A stretch of 64,000 nucleotides of DNA, from the NCBI RefSeq assembly GCF_006345805.1, contig NC_042999.1, forward strand, positions 40,610,001 to 40,674,000, read 5' to 3'. This DNA is from Octopus sinensis. Taxonomy: Eukaryota. The position numbers and the translations under genes were made by a program. Positions 1 through 12,199 of this stretch are shown one piece after another. The notes under the pieces were generated by a model. That model was given only the letters and a program-made list of their open reading frames with translations, was not told the origin of the DNA and made no database searches. Position 1 is the first letter of the stretch. Every line of letters begins with the position of its first letter.

Positions 1-820
1 CCCCAATTTTCCAGCACAGAAATATTCCCTGTAATGTAACTGGTAACACTTTGAACAATTCTAAGTCCACTAAAAACTATATCTGGTTTGTCATACCTTT
101 CGGAAAACAAATCAAGTCAAATCTTCCTTTGCAGTTCCGTGAAGCCGTAGCTAGGAACTTTCCCAGGAATTCTAGGTATTACTCTACTATCAATTCGCAT
201 AAGGTGAGGATTGCATTCTCCAACACTAGAAATCTATCGCAAATTATTGCCTCCCATAATAACAAGCTGCTAAACAAGGATTCTTCACCCGGGAGTTACA
301 ACACTATTCTTACCAATTCCAACCAAACATACAATAATAATAATAGAAATTAGTATTAATAATAGCAACATTCATAACGCGTTGGCATTTACAGTGGTAA
401 TATTAATAATAATATTAGTCGGATTATTAACAGTGGTAGTGTTAGTGGTAACAACGACAGCATTTCTAATAACAGTGGTAGTATTGATGATAACAACGGC
501 AGCATTTCTATAGTCAGGGATATTACAGGCGATAGTACAATTAATAATAATAACAATAATAGAAATAGTAAAATGGTCAGTGCTAGCAGTTATATTAACA
601 GCAATCATAACAATAAAAACTCCGTCTTAGTCTCGGAGGTAAACCCTAACAGATTAAAGTTCTTGTCCAATAATTCCAAAATTAGAAATTCCATTTACCA
701 GTGTAGGGTTTCTTCTATGTTGGGGCGACTACTTCTAAATTATCCCAGACGATTTCCAAACATTATTCAACTTTCCGAGATAAGAGGAAACAACAAAGTA
801 CAGGACTAAGTAAATTAGTT
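1..820 (+). mobile_element. Penelope-like element relic (RT C-terminal region, Asn/Ser-rich linker, start of putative GIY-YIG region)
   Basis: ORF 51-353 WFVIPFGKQIKSNLPLQFREAVARNFPRNSRYYSTINSHKVRIAFSNTRNLSQIIASHNNKLL matches the Penelope pattern WFNPP...F..I.KHFP...K.SYS...N...II.SHN.KIL. Same-frame ORF 573-809 has NSIYQCRV. A homologous copy lies at 53330-54300 (minus). Confidence 0.7.
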
Positions 821-1083
821 TGGCGTCTTAAGGACAGCAATATAACTTTCAAGCTGGAATGGTCCATATTGTCTGTATCCTTTCCTTTTCATAAGGGCAG
901 AAAATATTGTGCCGTCTGTAATTCCGAGCTTTTCTATATACTTTTCGCCAAATTCCCTTTAGTAAACACAATGGTAGAAAAATCCTATAGATGCATGCAC
1001 TGGCAGAAACACACCTTCCACTCATATAAGTGATGATTAATATAGATAACCTCCTTGAATTTAATAATTTGGTTCCACATCTA

Positions 1084-2144
1084 CGAGGGACGTTCAATAA
1101 GTAATGCCTCTGACCCACTTGCAGTTGATTGATCTTGCTAAAATTTTGCATGTGCAATTATACATATCTCTATAGATGACATGGCGAATTACAGCTCTGA
1201 ACTAATTGCGGTTTCTGATTTCCAGGTGTTTGAACTTAGTCAAGTGTGAAATGGAGCCTGTTGAGTGTCGAGCAGTGATCCGTTTTTTTGTATTTGAAAG
1301 GACGCACATCATGGGAGACTTTTGATGAAATGAAAGTAACTTATGGTGATGATGTCCCATCATATGACCTTGTAAAACGCTGGCATCGTGAATTCAAACA
1401 TTGGTGGGAACTCTGTGGAAAAGGCTCCCAGATCTGGTCGCCCCCTTCGGCCATTGATGAGGCATCTGTCCGTCAAGTTGAGGCTGCCATTTTGGAAGAT
1501 TGGCGCATAACTATTCGCCAAATAGCCCATTAGGTCAAGATTAGTACCGGGTCTGTGGAAACTATCATTCATGACCCTTTGCATATGCAAAGGTTGTCTT
1601 CCAGATGGATTCCCAGGTTGTTCACACCTTTTCAGAAGCAAGAACGCGTCGAGTGCTCGAGCATGAATTTGGAGATGTGCCAAGAAGATGAGTCAAAGTT
1701 TGTCAAAAGACTGATTACACAGGATGAAATCTGGGTCCATCACTATGATCCAGAGACCAAAGCCCAGTCAATGCAAGGGAAGCACCGTGACTCACCTCCT
1801 CCAAAGAAGGCAAGGGTGCAGTCCTCCGCTGGCAAGGACATACTCACAGTCTTCTGGGACCAGGATGGAGTAGTGATGACAGATTTCCTGGCAAAGGGTA
1901 CCACAATTGCAGGAGCCTATTATGCTTCACTTTTGAGGAAATTAAGAAAAGCTATCAAAATCAAGAGGCTGGGCAAGATCAGCAAAGGCATCCTCCTCCT
2001 GCAGGACAACGCTCCGGTCCACAACTCGCGTGTCGCCAGATCAGAAGCATAGGCGTGCGGCTATGAACTCCTCCCCCATCCCCCTACTCTCTTGACCTTG
2101 CACCCTCTGATTTTCACCTCTTCCCAACCATGAAAGGAAAGCGT
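1084..2144 (+). mobile_element. Mariner (DD34D) transposon copy A, 5' part; transposase pseudogene
   Basis: TA at 1082-1083, then TIR CGAGGGACGTTCAATAAGTAATGCC. ATG at 1251, WIPRL and TQDE motifs, LLLQDNAP. In-frame stops and indels. Similarity to copy B ends at about 2144. Confidence 0.9.
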
Positions 2145-2243
2145 AGAGAGGTAGTGAGACAAAGGTAGAACATACCTCAACGAATTTGGTAGTAGGCCTT
2201 CAAGTAACGGAGTATAAAAAAAATTGTCTATGGTGTTGTTGTA

Positions 2244-2450
2244 CGAGGGGCGTTCAATAAGTAATGCCCCTGACCCCCTGACCCCCTTTCCATAGCAGTA
2301 GAGGAACGAAACTTGGCGCAGTTATTAGTCTTTTCCTACATAGAAAGCACCCAGAGTTACGCATTTCTCCCATCGTTTGATGCAGTTCTGAAGACCGTTT
2401 TTCTAGAAGACCCCAGCTTGGTCCTCCAACCACGACGTGACTTCAGAAAT
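2244..2450 (-). mobile_element. Mariner 3' end with right TIR, inverted relative to copy A
   Basis: TA at 2242-2243, then CGAGGGGCGTTCAATAAGTAATGCCCCTGACC. Aligns to copy B 4765-~4961. Confidence 0.85.
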
Positions 2451-3648
2451 CTGTAGCAGCACCAATAAGTACCTCTAAAACATCCAATGTACTCTATCAA
2501 ATGGCGAATAGTTTACGCGTCATTAAGTTTCAGAACGCGGAAGCCTTAATGCTATCCTTTGCTAACTAGAATTTATAGCGTACTACATATGAGTCACATG
2601 TTTTCTTCGTTTTGTAAGTTGGCAGCCGTCTCATGTTCAGAAAAAAAAATAAAGATGAGCTGATAAAACTTCTGTAAATCATAGGATTATGCAGATATAT
2701 GGCTCCATGACACGTATGCTGCTGCTCAGTGATTACTTTTAGTTAAGTATACAGTGGTAATCGACAGCAAAATAATCTGAAAATAATTCAGCTGCATTAT
2801 TATTATTATCATCATCATCATTTTTATTATTATTATTATTATTATTATTTTATTATTATTATTATTATTATTATATTATTATTATTATTATTATATACAA
2901 AAAAGTAAATAAACTGTTTATGCATATATATATATATAATTTTACATTAAACGCAGACGGACAAAGAAGTATGAAATACCAATCAATTTTACTTCGTCTG
3001 TCTTTAAACCAATGCTCTAAAGAGACTTATATAAGTGGATTGAAATGTTTACAAAGGAAATAATGTATATAAGACGAAACAAATTGTTGGCTCTTTTCGT
3101 TTATTAATGATTTTATAATGCTATATTATATTATATTCATAGTATATTATGTTATAATATGAATAAATTATTAGCTTGTCAATTCAATATTTCTATTCAT
3201 TTATTGTTTGTAATTTACATTATACTCATATTTATGTGGTATTCAACTGACGTACTAGTGAATTGGGTGTTTTACACACCTCTTTGAATGAATTCCTTTC
3301 TTACTTTGTTACTTTATATATATATATATATATACATATTGGTAGAAAAAGAATGAAAGAGACCTCGACATTATGTAAATAGTGGAATTTATCTATAACT
3401 ATAATACGTGACAATTATTCGGTAGCAACGATAAAACTCTGAGTTACGGATGTACGTGGGTGTGCGGGTGAGCATGTTTATGTATGGACATGCGCGCTTT
3501 CGCGATTACTATGAACAATTTTACTCCCTTACCTTTAGTCCCTACCCTTACTTAGCGGTCATTCTAATAGCTCTTTTGTCTTAACGGTCAATCACACAGT
3601 AATTTCCCATTGTTTAACGGTCATTTTCATAGCATTTTTTGATGGCCC

Positions 3649-3709
3649 GATAACTGAAGAGATGCCGGCGTGGGTTTCCGCCCCGACATCCGAAACTCGG
3701 AGTTTTATC
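3649..3709 (+). ncRNA. Degenerate type I hammerhead ribozyme motif in a ~400-bp (TA)n-flanked repeat (about 3339-3740)
   Basis: gataa-CTGAAGA-gatg...catc-c-GAAA-ctcggag-T-T-ttatc: both core boxes present; stem I gataa/ttatc; stem II gatg/catc. Confidence 0.55.
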
Positions 3710-3741
3710 ATGGCTACCGAATAATTCTCACATATTTACAG

Positions 3742-3780
<39 letters not shown>

Positions 3781-4634
3781 ATATATATATTGCATTTTGT
3801 TCCATTTTTATATTTACATGTACATATAGCAGCGTATGTGCACACTCGTGCTCACCTTATAGTAGGTATGTACCTGAAGTTTGTACGGCTCTTACTCTAC
3901 CTTTTAGTCCCCATCTTACTTTCTTTCTTTTTTCTTTTTCTCGCTCTCCCTCTCTCTCTCTCACACATTTCTTCGCCCACTATTTGCTACTCATGTGTCT
4001 TCTCTGTACAGTTCTCTTTGTCTCTGATTTTTACTAATCCTTCAATCCCGCTTCCCCCTACTCATCTCTCATCCTTCCACGTGACCGGTATCCAGCCAGC
4101 CATGATCTTTCTTGACCTGACTTCCGACCGCCAGCACCTCTTATGTCCATCTCCTAATGTTCCTGCCTTTAGGTTTTCACTTCATATACACCAGACGAAC
4201 TGGATTCGTTGTCAGTCGAAAGACACCTGTTGTTATTTTCTTGTTGCTTGTATTCGTAATTTTGTACCATGTTTTCCGTTTTTTTATCTTTTTGTGTATC
4301 ATGTTCCCCGTATTTTGTATTTTTATGTACCATTTCTCCGCTTTTTGTCTTGATGCCGTGCACATTTGCTAGCTTTCTTACAAAGGAATCTAACGCTCTT
4401 AGCTTAGACTTTTTTTTGGGGGGGGAGGGGGCAACCAGATCGAAATATCTCTCAAGTGTAACTGCCCGAAACGGCCATGACTTCTAGTACTTGACTAAGG
4501 AAACAAGGCCACGAATGACCCGTCTTTTTTTTTTTGTCTGTTCTTGTAATTATTGTTTCTCTTGTCCGCTTCTGTATCGTCTATCTGTCCAACCGAATGA
4601 TTTATTGTCCTCTAATGCGTTTTTGTTCCAGTTA

Positions 4635-4680
<46 letters not shown>

Positions 4681-4764
4681 GTCCTATTTTCCAATAGATA
4701 CTCAAATCAACAAGGATTCGGTTTGGGAGTTTTCCTGACTAGAGCAGTATTTCACATCACCTTA

Positions 4765-6056
4765 CGAGGGGCGTTCAATAAGTAATGCCCCTGACCTACT
4801 TCCCATAGCAGTAGAGCAACGAAACTTGGCACAGTTATTAGTCTTTTTCTACATAGGAACCACCCATAGTTACGCATTTCTCCCATCGTTTGATGCAGCT
4901 CTGGAGACCGTTTTTGTAGAAGACCCCAGCTTGGTCCTCCAGCCATGACGTGACTTCAGAAATCAAGGCTGCATCATCTGGGAAACGCTTTCTTTTCAAA
5001 AACAACTTCATGGCTGGAAAGAGGTGAAAATCAGAGGGTGCAAGGTCAGGAGAATAGGGGGGATGGGGGAGGAGTTCATAATCGCACGCCTGTGCTTCTG
5101 ATCTGGTGACACGCGAGTTGTGGACCGGAGTGTTGTCCTGCAGGAGGAGGATGCTTTTGCTGATCTTGCCCCACCTCTTGATTTTGATAGCTTTTCTTAA
5201 TTTCCTCAAAAGTGAAGCATAATAGGCTCCTGTAATCGTGGTACCCTTTGCCAGGAAATCTGTCATCACTACTCCGTCCTGGTTCCAGGAGACTGTAGGC
5301 GTGACCTTGCCAGCGGAGGGCTGCACCCTTGCCTTCTTTGGAGGAGGTGAGTCACGGTGCTTCCACTGCATTGACTGGGCTTTGGTCTCTGGATCATAGT
5401 AATGGACCCAGGTTTCATCCTGTGTAATCAGTCTTTTGAAAAACTTTGACTCATCTTCTTGGTACGTCTCCAAATTCATCCTCGAGCCCTCGACGCGTTC
5501 TTGCTTCTGGAAAGGTGTGAGCAACCTGGGAATCCATCTGGAAGACACCTTTTGCATATGCAAATGGCCATGAATGATAGTTTCCACAGACCCGGTACTA
5601 ATCTTGACCTCATGGGCTATTTGGCGAATAGTTATGCGTCGATCTTCCAAAATGGCAGCCTCAACTTGACGGACAGATGCCTCATTATGGCAGAAGGGGG
5701 GCGACCAGATCTGGGAGCTGTTTCCACAGAGTTCCGACCATGTTTGAATTCACAATGCCAGCGTTTTACAAGGTCATATGATGGGGCATCATCACCATAA
5801 GTTACTTTCATTTCATCAAAAGTCTCCTGTGGTGTGCGTCCTTTCAAATACGAAAACCGGATCACTGCTCGACACTCAACAGGCTCCATTTCACACTTGA
5901 CTCAGTTCAAACACCTGTAAATCAGAAACCACAATTAGTTCTGAACTGTAATTTGCCACTTAATCTATAGAGATATAAATAATTGCACATGCAAAAATTC
6001 AGCTAGATCAATCAACTGCAAGTGGGTCAGAGGCATTACTTATTGAACGTCCCTCG
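4765..6056 (-). mobile_element. Full-length 1292-bp mariner transposon copy B
   Basis: TA TSDs at 4763-4764 and 6057-6058; ~31-bp TIRs with 2 mismatches. Confidence 0.95.
4838..5889 (-). pseudogene. Mariner DD34D transposase, about 350 aa, one frameshift near 5686
   Basis: ORFs 5632-5889 and 4838-5650. WIPRLL, TQDETW, LQDN and HPPYSPDLAPSD motifs; 34 residues between the second and third Asp. A 1-nt deletion relative to copy A explains the frameshift. Confidence 0.93.
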
Positions 6057-6424
6057 TATATGTGTGCTTAAATGCCTCCGTGTGTCTGTCTATGTGTGTG
6101 CGCATGCGTCTTTGTGTACATACAAAAATTTACATTAAACGAAGACGGAAAAAGATATATGAAATAACACTCAAGATAAATTCTTGATTTGCTGAAACTG
6201 CCCCTGCTTCACGGGAATCTAGTGCAAGTTGCAGCCAAATCTTTCTAATGGGAAACAGAGATAAACTCAAAAATGAAGATCACTTCAAAACTCATATGCT
6301 ATTAATGCAAAGACAAAATAGTTATCTGGAGACAAGAGGATTGCTGTGGACACGCGTTTCTGCTCCAACAATCGTCTTCAACACAGTTGCATATCACCCC
6401 CATGCAAGATACGTTTCTTTTATT

Positions 6425-6769
6425 CAACTTATTCTTTTATTTGTTTCAGTCGTTTGACTGTAGCCATGCTGGAGTACCGCCTTTAGTCGAGCAAATCGAC
6501 TCCAGAACTTATTCTTTGGAAGCCTAGTAGTTATTCTATCGGTCACTCTTGCCGAAGCTCTAAGTGACGGGGACGTAAAAACACCAGCATCGGTTGTCAA
6601 GCAATGTTGGGGGACAAACACGGACACACAAGCATACACGTACACACGCACACACATATATATAGGGAGAGTTTACGAAAAAATCAAAGGACCAAGACAG
6701 GTGGTGTACAAAGCAAACAGATGTATTAGTATATCGCTCAGGAATAGAAAAAGTCTTTTACATTTTGAG

Positions 6770-6806
<37 letters not shown>

Positions 6807-6968
6807 GACGGGCTTCTTTCAGTTTCCGTCTATCAAATCCACTCACAATGCTTTGGTCGGCCCGAGGCTATAGTTGAAGACACTACCCCAAGCTACCACG
6901 CAGTGGGACTGAACCCAGACCATGTGGTTGGCAAGCAAGCTACTTACCACACAGCCAGTCCTGCGCCT
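6425..6968 (-). mobile_element. tRNA-derived SINE (family 1) with a ~115-bp foreign repeat inserted in its internal (TA)n
   Basis: Head AGGCGCAGGA.TGGCTGTGTGGTAAG, body and 3' half match the copies at 33733, 47866 and 55382. Confidence 0.8.
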
Positions 6969-7122
6969 ATAAATATATATATTTAAAAATGAATAGAACA
7001 CATTTGTGTCAGAGATAGTTTACGTAATGAAAAACAAGCGAACTGAGCTAAATAACTAAAAAATCCAGTGACAAGAACTTGGTCGATAAATACAAATAAC
7101 GGTGCATTAAATACCAACCCAA

Positions 7123-7335
7123 GGCGGTGAGCTGGCAGAATCGTTAAATACGCCGGACAAAATGCTTGGCGGCATTACTTCTGTTCTTCATGTTCTGATT
7201 TCAAATAGCACCGTGGTCCACTTTGCTTTTCATCATTTCCGGGTCGATTAAAATAAATACCGATCGAACACTGGACGCGATGTAATCGACTTATCCTCTC
7301 AAAATTGCTGGCCTTGTTCAAAAATTTGAAACCAA
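7123..7335 (+). mobile_element. tRNA-derived SINE (family 2, Meta/Sauria-like central domain)
   Basis: GGCGGTGAGCTGGCAGAATCG A-box-like head, B-box-like GATTTCAAAT, central CTTTGCTTTTCATCATTTCCGGGTCGA..AAAT..ATACC. Confidence 0.7.
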
Positions 7336-7725
7336 TAATGCTTTTAAGTTTTGGTACAAGGCTAGAAATTTCGAGGGAATGATAAGCCAATTAGCGTGGC
7401 ACCGCTGCTCGAAATATTCTATTGATCACGAAGGGATGAAAAGCAAACACGATGTCGGGCAGAATTTGAAATCAGAACGTAAAACGGACGAAATGCCGCT
7501 AACCATTTTGTCCAGTGGTATATCTAGTTTGAAGAATACTTAATACCAGAGATTCGTTATCAGTACTCCTTTCTTTAGAGTTGTTCCCAATTTTCACCGA
7601 GAAGTTACTTTACCTTCTCCTGAAGTGGAGACACTTTCAGTTAATCAAGAACTTATTTTATAAGTTTCGTGTTTGGATTTAGTTTGCAAGATTCTTTATT
7701 TGAGTTCGTGTGTTGAAGCATATTC

Positions 7726-7987
7726 TGTTGTGTCTGGGGAGAGTCATTTTCTTTTTGTGCCTTATGATTTAACACACCGGTAAAATTGCCACTTCTTTCT
7801 TTTTTTTCTTTTTTATTATCCTAAAATTTTCGTTGCGTCTTGCAACCTTTTCAAATAGTCTTTGAAAAGGTTGCAAGACGCAAAGAAAATTTTTGGAAAA
7901 TAAAAATAAGAAATAAGTGGAAATTTTACCGATGCGTGTGTTTAATTATAAGGCACAAAAAGAAAATGACTCTCCCCAGACACGACA
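7726..7987. repeat. Long imperfect palindrome, arms about 130 bp, 5-nt loop at 7856-7860
   Basis: Perfect 23-bp core TTGCGTCTTGCAACCTTTTCAAA / TTTGAAAAGGTTGCAAGACGCAA; outer arms TGTCTGGGGAGAGTCATTTTCTTTTTGTGCCTTA and its reverse complement. Confidence 0.9.
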
Positions 7988-8191
7988 TATTATTTTATAA
8001 GGTATTTCGTATACGAAGACAAACACATACACACTCATACTCACTCACACATACACTTATGCGCGTGTACATACGTATACAAACTCTAACACACATATAT
8101 AAACGCAACAGATATGCACTCAAACTACGACACGTGCATGCACGCTCACACACAAACACACGTACAAACACAAACACACACACGCACACAA

Positions 8192-8204
8192 GATGGACAG
8201 ATAG

Positions 8205-8240
<36 letters not shown>

Positions 8241-8249
8241 CAGACAGAC

Positions 8250-8287
<38 letters not shown>

Positions 8288-8328
8288 TAGATAGATAGAT
8301 AGACAGACAAAGATAGATAGATAGATAT

Positions 8329-8381
<53 letters not shown>

Positions 8382-8382
8382 G
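8192..8382. repeat. (GATA)n/(GACA)n microsatellite abutting the LINE 3' end
   Basis: Direct reading. Confidence 0.95.
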
Positions 8383-8753
8383 ATATGTTTCTTTATTAGC
8401 CACACAGGGCTGCACACAGATAGAACAATTACAAGGTAGAGCTTTTCTTTTGAAGTTTAAAAAAAAAAAAGGAAGGGGGAGTTTCGATCAAAAGGGATCG
8501 TAAAAGGAGAGAAAGAGGACAAAAAAAGGGGGGTTAAAAAAAAGGGGGAGAGGAAGAAAAAAAAAAATTGATCAATAGGGATCGTTATCACAGATGTCAA
8601 TATGAAGTGTAAAGGGAGGACAGGTGAGGTTTACCCGTGGAAAGAAAAGCCTACGGAAAAGACCACGGTAACCTCGGTCAATGAGTCACATGTTATATTT
8701 CTTTTTTTTTTTTTTTTTGCAAATAAGCAACTCTCTGTTTTCAATTTCTGGGT

Positions 8754-11700
8754 TCATAGGATCATGCTCAAGGTGGCTTCGTCATTCATACGTGCCATTC
8801 TTGCTACATTCACACCCATCTTTTTTTAAAACATTCGCTAGACAAAACTTGCCTCTCTACTCTCACTTTCCTTTTCAAGTGGTACTTGAAGAAGTTGATG
8901 AGAGATTGACCAGAGAGGAAAGTGTTTGTCTCCAATCCTTTCAGACGCGTCCACCAGATACATTCTTTCGCCATAGCCACAAGGATGATGGAAATAGCTC
9001 TTCCTTCCCGTGTGAAGGAGGGAGGCGTGACAATATTAACGATAGACTCAGCTGATAAACCGACTCGTCCCACACGTGACAGCAGTTGTTCGACTCAAGC
9101 CCACAGGTCGGAAATTGTTGGACACTGCACGAGTGCGTGCAGAACGGTTTCGTCGCTCTGACCGCATCTCGGGCAGGTCGGCCCCGTGTTTCTCGAGCCG
9201 TTTCTGTAGAGCTTATCCCGAACGGGTAGCGCTTCTCGGTAGCACTGCCAGGCCAGGGATCTCTGGAAGTTGTCCATGGGCCCTGACCCGAAAGTCGTCC
9301 TGAATAGGCGGGTCAGGTACTCCTCGTCGACGTCCAGGTTCGCCCCGAGCTCGTCGTCGTACCTCCCCTCCACTAAACCCCAATAGAATGCTTTGGTTGT
9401 GTTGAAGTCACTCAAGGTCGACCCAGGACGGCAGAGTTGCTTGAGAGCAACGCGACACTCGCGGTGCCATTCGCCCTTCTTCGGCCTCTTTTTGATCCAC
9501 GACTGCAGTTCGGTCATGGAGACGAGTTGCGGGAAAGCGTGCCTCACAAACGGCGACCACACCTGTTCACCGTCGTCTACATAGAGCCAGAGATGTCGCA
9601 GTCTCAGCGCGTGTCTGCGCATCATCAACCACGGCATGCCCAGCCCTCCTTTTAACGGGTGTTGACAGCAATGGATCGCCTGACCATCGGGACGCATCCT
9701 TTCCACAAGAAGCGAAAGAGAATGCGTTGTAGTTTGGTGATGGTAGGGTCGGGACAAGGTACGACGGTCAGGCGGTAGTAGATGACGGACGCGATGTACG
9801 TGTTCGCCACCTCCGCCCGACCTTTTAGGGACAGTTTCCTCTCGGCCCATTGCCGGGCGAGAGTGACCACCCTACTCGTTATCTCGTTCCAGTTCTTCTC
9901 CACTTGGAGGTCCGGACCAAACCAGACCCCGAGCAACTCAAACCGGCCGTCGGTCAAGCGTCCCACGACGGAGGCGCTGGTGGACGGCATGGGCTTGCTT
10001 CTCCAGGTGCCTAGTCGCAAGCCCACTGACTTTTCCCGGTTGATTTTCGCTCCTGTCACCGCTTCGTAGTTTTTCAGTGTCTCACCGACCTGCTCGATGT
10101 GCTCGTGGCTAGACACTATGACGGTGACGTCGTCCGCGTATGCAGACACGCTCGTCCCGCATCCCAGTTCTCGCGGGATGCCTCTCAAGGTTGCCAGCTT
10201 CCGCAATAATGGCTCGAGAGTCAATACGTATAGAAGCGACGAGAGGGGGCATCCCTGACGGACCGAACGTGCGATGTCGAAGGGTCTCGATAGATGTCCA
10301 TTCACGCGAATTACCGAACGGATGCCTCTATACAAAGCGGCTATCCCCGCGGAAGACGGGACCGAAGCCAGCCGCTCCGAGGACCGCCTCCAAGTATCGA
10401 TGGTCCACCCTATCGAAAGCTTTCGATTGATCCAAATTGATCAGCGCCCCACCCATGCCAGGTTCGTTAACTACCCTGTCTATGATGTAGCGCATCAGGT
10501 GGAGGTTGTCATGGATGGTCCGGCCTGGCACGGCGCATGTTTGCGCCCTGTCGACCAGTTTCTCGATGACAAGCGCCAACCTCTTGGCTAGCACCTTGGC
10601 CAAAATTTTCAAGTCTGCATTAAGCAGAGTGATGGGCCTAAAGTTATCTATTACATTTCCCTTGTTTAGATCTTTCTTCAGCAGTGTTACGGCTCCTCGG
10701 CTCACAAAACCAGGAATGCTCCCATTTTGCTGCCAGTTGCAGTACACCGCCGCCAAGAGATCTCCAAACAAGTCTGGCATACAATTGTAAAGCTCGTAGG
10801 GTAGACCATCCAAACCCGGTGATTTGTCCCCCGAGCATTCTGCCATCGCTTCCTGCACTTCCGCCGCCGTGATGGCACCTTCGCAGCACCCTGCCTTTCT
10901 TGTCGAGAGTCGTGGTAGGCTATGTAGGTAGGCACTGAAGTCCACCCTACGTTCTTGCCCTCCACTCGTTCCGAACAGTCGGGCAAAATGCTGCTGAAAG
11001 GCCTCACACATTTTACTTGGCTCGAGCAATTCGCGCCCCTCTTCATCTACCAGGGACCGAATGGTGGCTTTGTTGCCCTGTTGCGCCTCTGCCACCCGGG
11101 CCTCTCTCGCGGCTCCAACACCTTCGTTCCTTAGAGCACGCATCCTAGCTCTGACAGCACATCCTTCGTGTTTGGCGTTGAAGTGTTGGTCGAGGGCCAA
11201 CCTCGCCGCCAAAACGTTGGATGCGATTCCGCTTCTAATTGCCTCTTCTAGCTTCTTAACTAGCTCACCCTCTACTCTATTTCTATCTATGGCTAGTGCT
11301 TTGCTGTACCTAATCGCTTCTGCTTTTACTGCTCTCTTGAGGGCAAACCACCATTTGTTGTTGATGATGGTTCCCGTCAAAGCCCTCTTTACTAGTGTGC
11401 TAATCCGGTCTCTGAAAACCTGTCTCGATGGGAAAGACGCGTTTAGTTTCCAGTATCCGGGACCCTGCCTAAGTGTCTTACCTAAGTCTAGCGTACATGT
11501 CACAAGTTTGTGATCCGTGTAGCTGACTATGTGGAATTGTGGACATCCTATGCTATCTCTGTCTACTGTCCTACACAGTATCCTATCTAGATACGATCTC
11601 GACGACCCGATGCGGTTGCTCCATGTCCACGTTGGCGCATTCGGGTGGTCTATTCGGAACCTGTCAGACAGTTGAAAGCGTCTGAGCAGGTCTCTGAGGC

Positions 11701-12183
11701 ATTTGCATCCCCGTCTATTCCTATCTCTACCCACGTAGTCTACATGCGTGTCCAAGGTAGCATTCCAATCCCCCACTAAGAGTAAAGGACGAGACGTTCC
11801 CAAGAATACTTCTAGACGTTGAAAGAAATCCGCCCGACCTGTTAAGGGCGGTGCGTAGACTGATACGACGAAAAGCGCACCCATTGCTGCCGTCGACATC
11901 CAGGACGACCAGTCTACCCTCCGGGTCTACGAATATTGTCCTTACTTTGAGATCCAGACTCTTGTGAAAAAGTACCCGCGGTGCCACTACCGCCCATTCT
12001 CGGCAGACTGGGGAAAAATAAATGTGAACTGTCCGCCAAACATGGTCTTTAGGGCCCGCGGATTGTGGAGTCTGGTCTCACTTATGGCTATGATTTCTCC
12101 TTATTGACTTTATGTAATTTAGAGGTCCCTTGTTTCCAAGGGGACCCCAAGCCACGCGCATTTACACAACCAATCTTGATCAT
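8754..12183 (-). pseudogene. LINE ORF2 (APE endonuclease, reverse transcriptase, C-terminal CCHC), frameshifted
   Basis: Starts MIKIGCVNARGL. VYAP, LVGDWNA, LDRIL and TDHKLV APE motifs; KSPGLDG, FRPITLLNADLKIL, DQSKAFDRVDH, QGCPLS and YADD RT motifs; CPRCGQSDETVLHALVQC. Split across ORFs 10328-11899, 9652-10335, 9095-9850 and 8810-9073. Confidence 0.93.
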
Positions 12184-12199
12184 AGTCCTAATGATTAGA

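Noticed and set aside
9076-11987. Plus-strand ORFs overlapping the LINE
   Set aside because: Antisense to GC-rich ORF2; no motifs.
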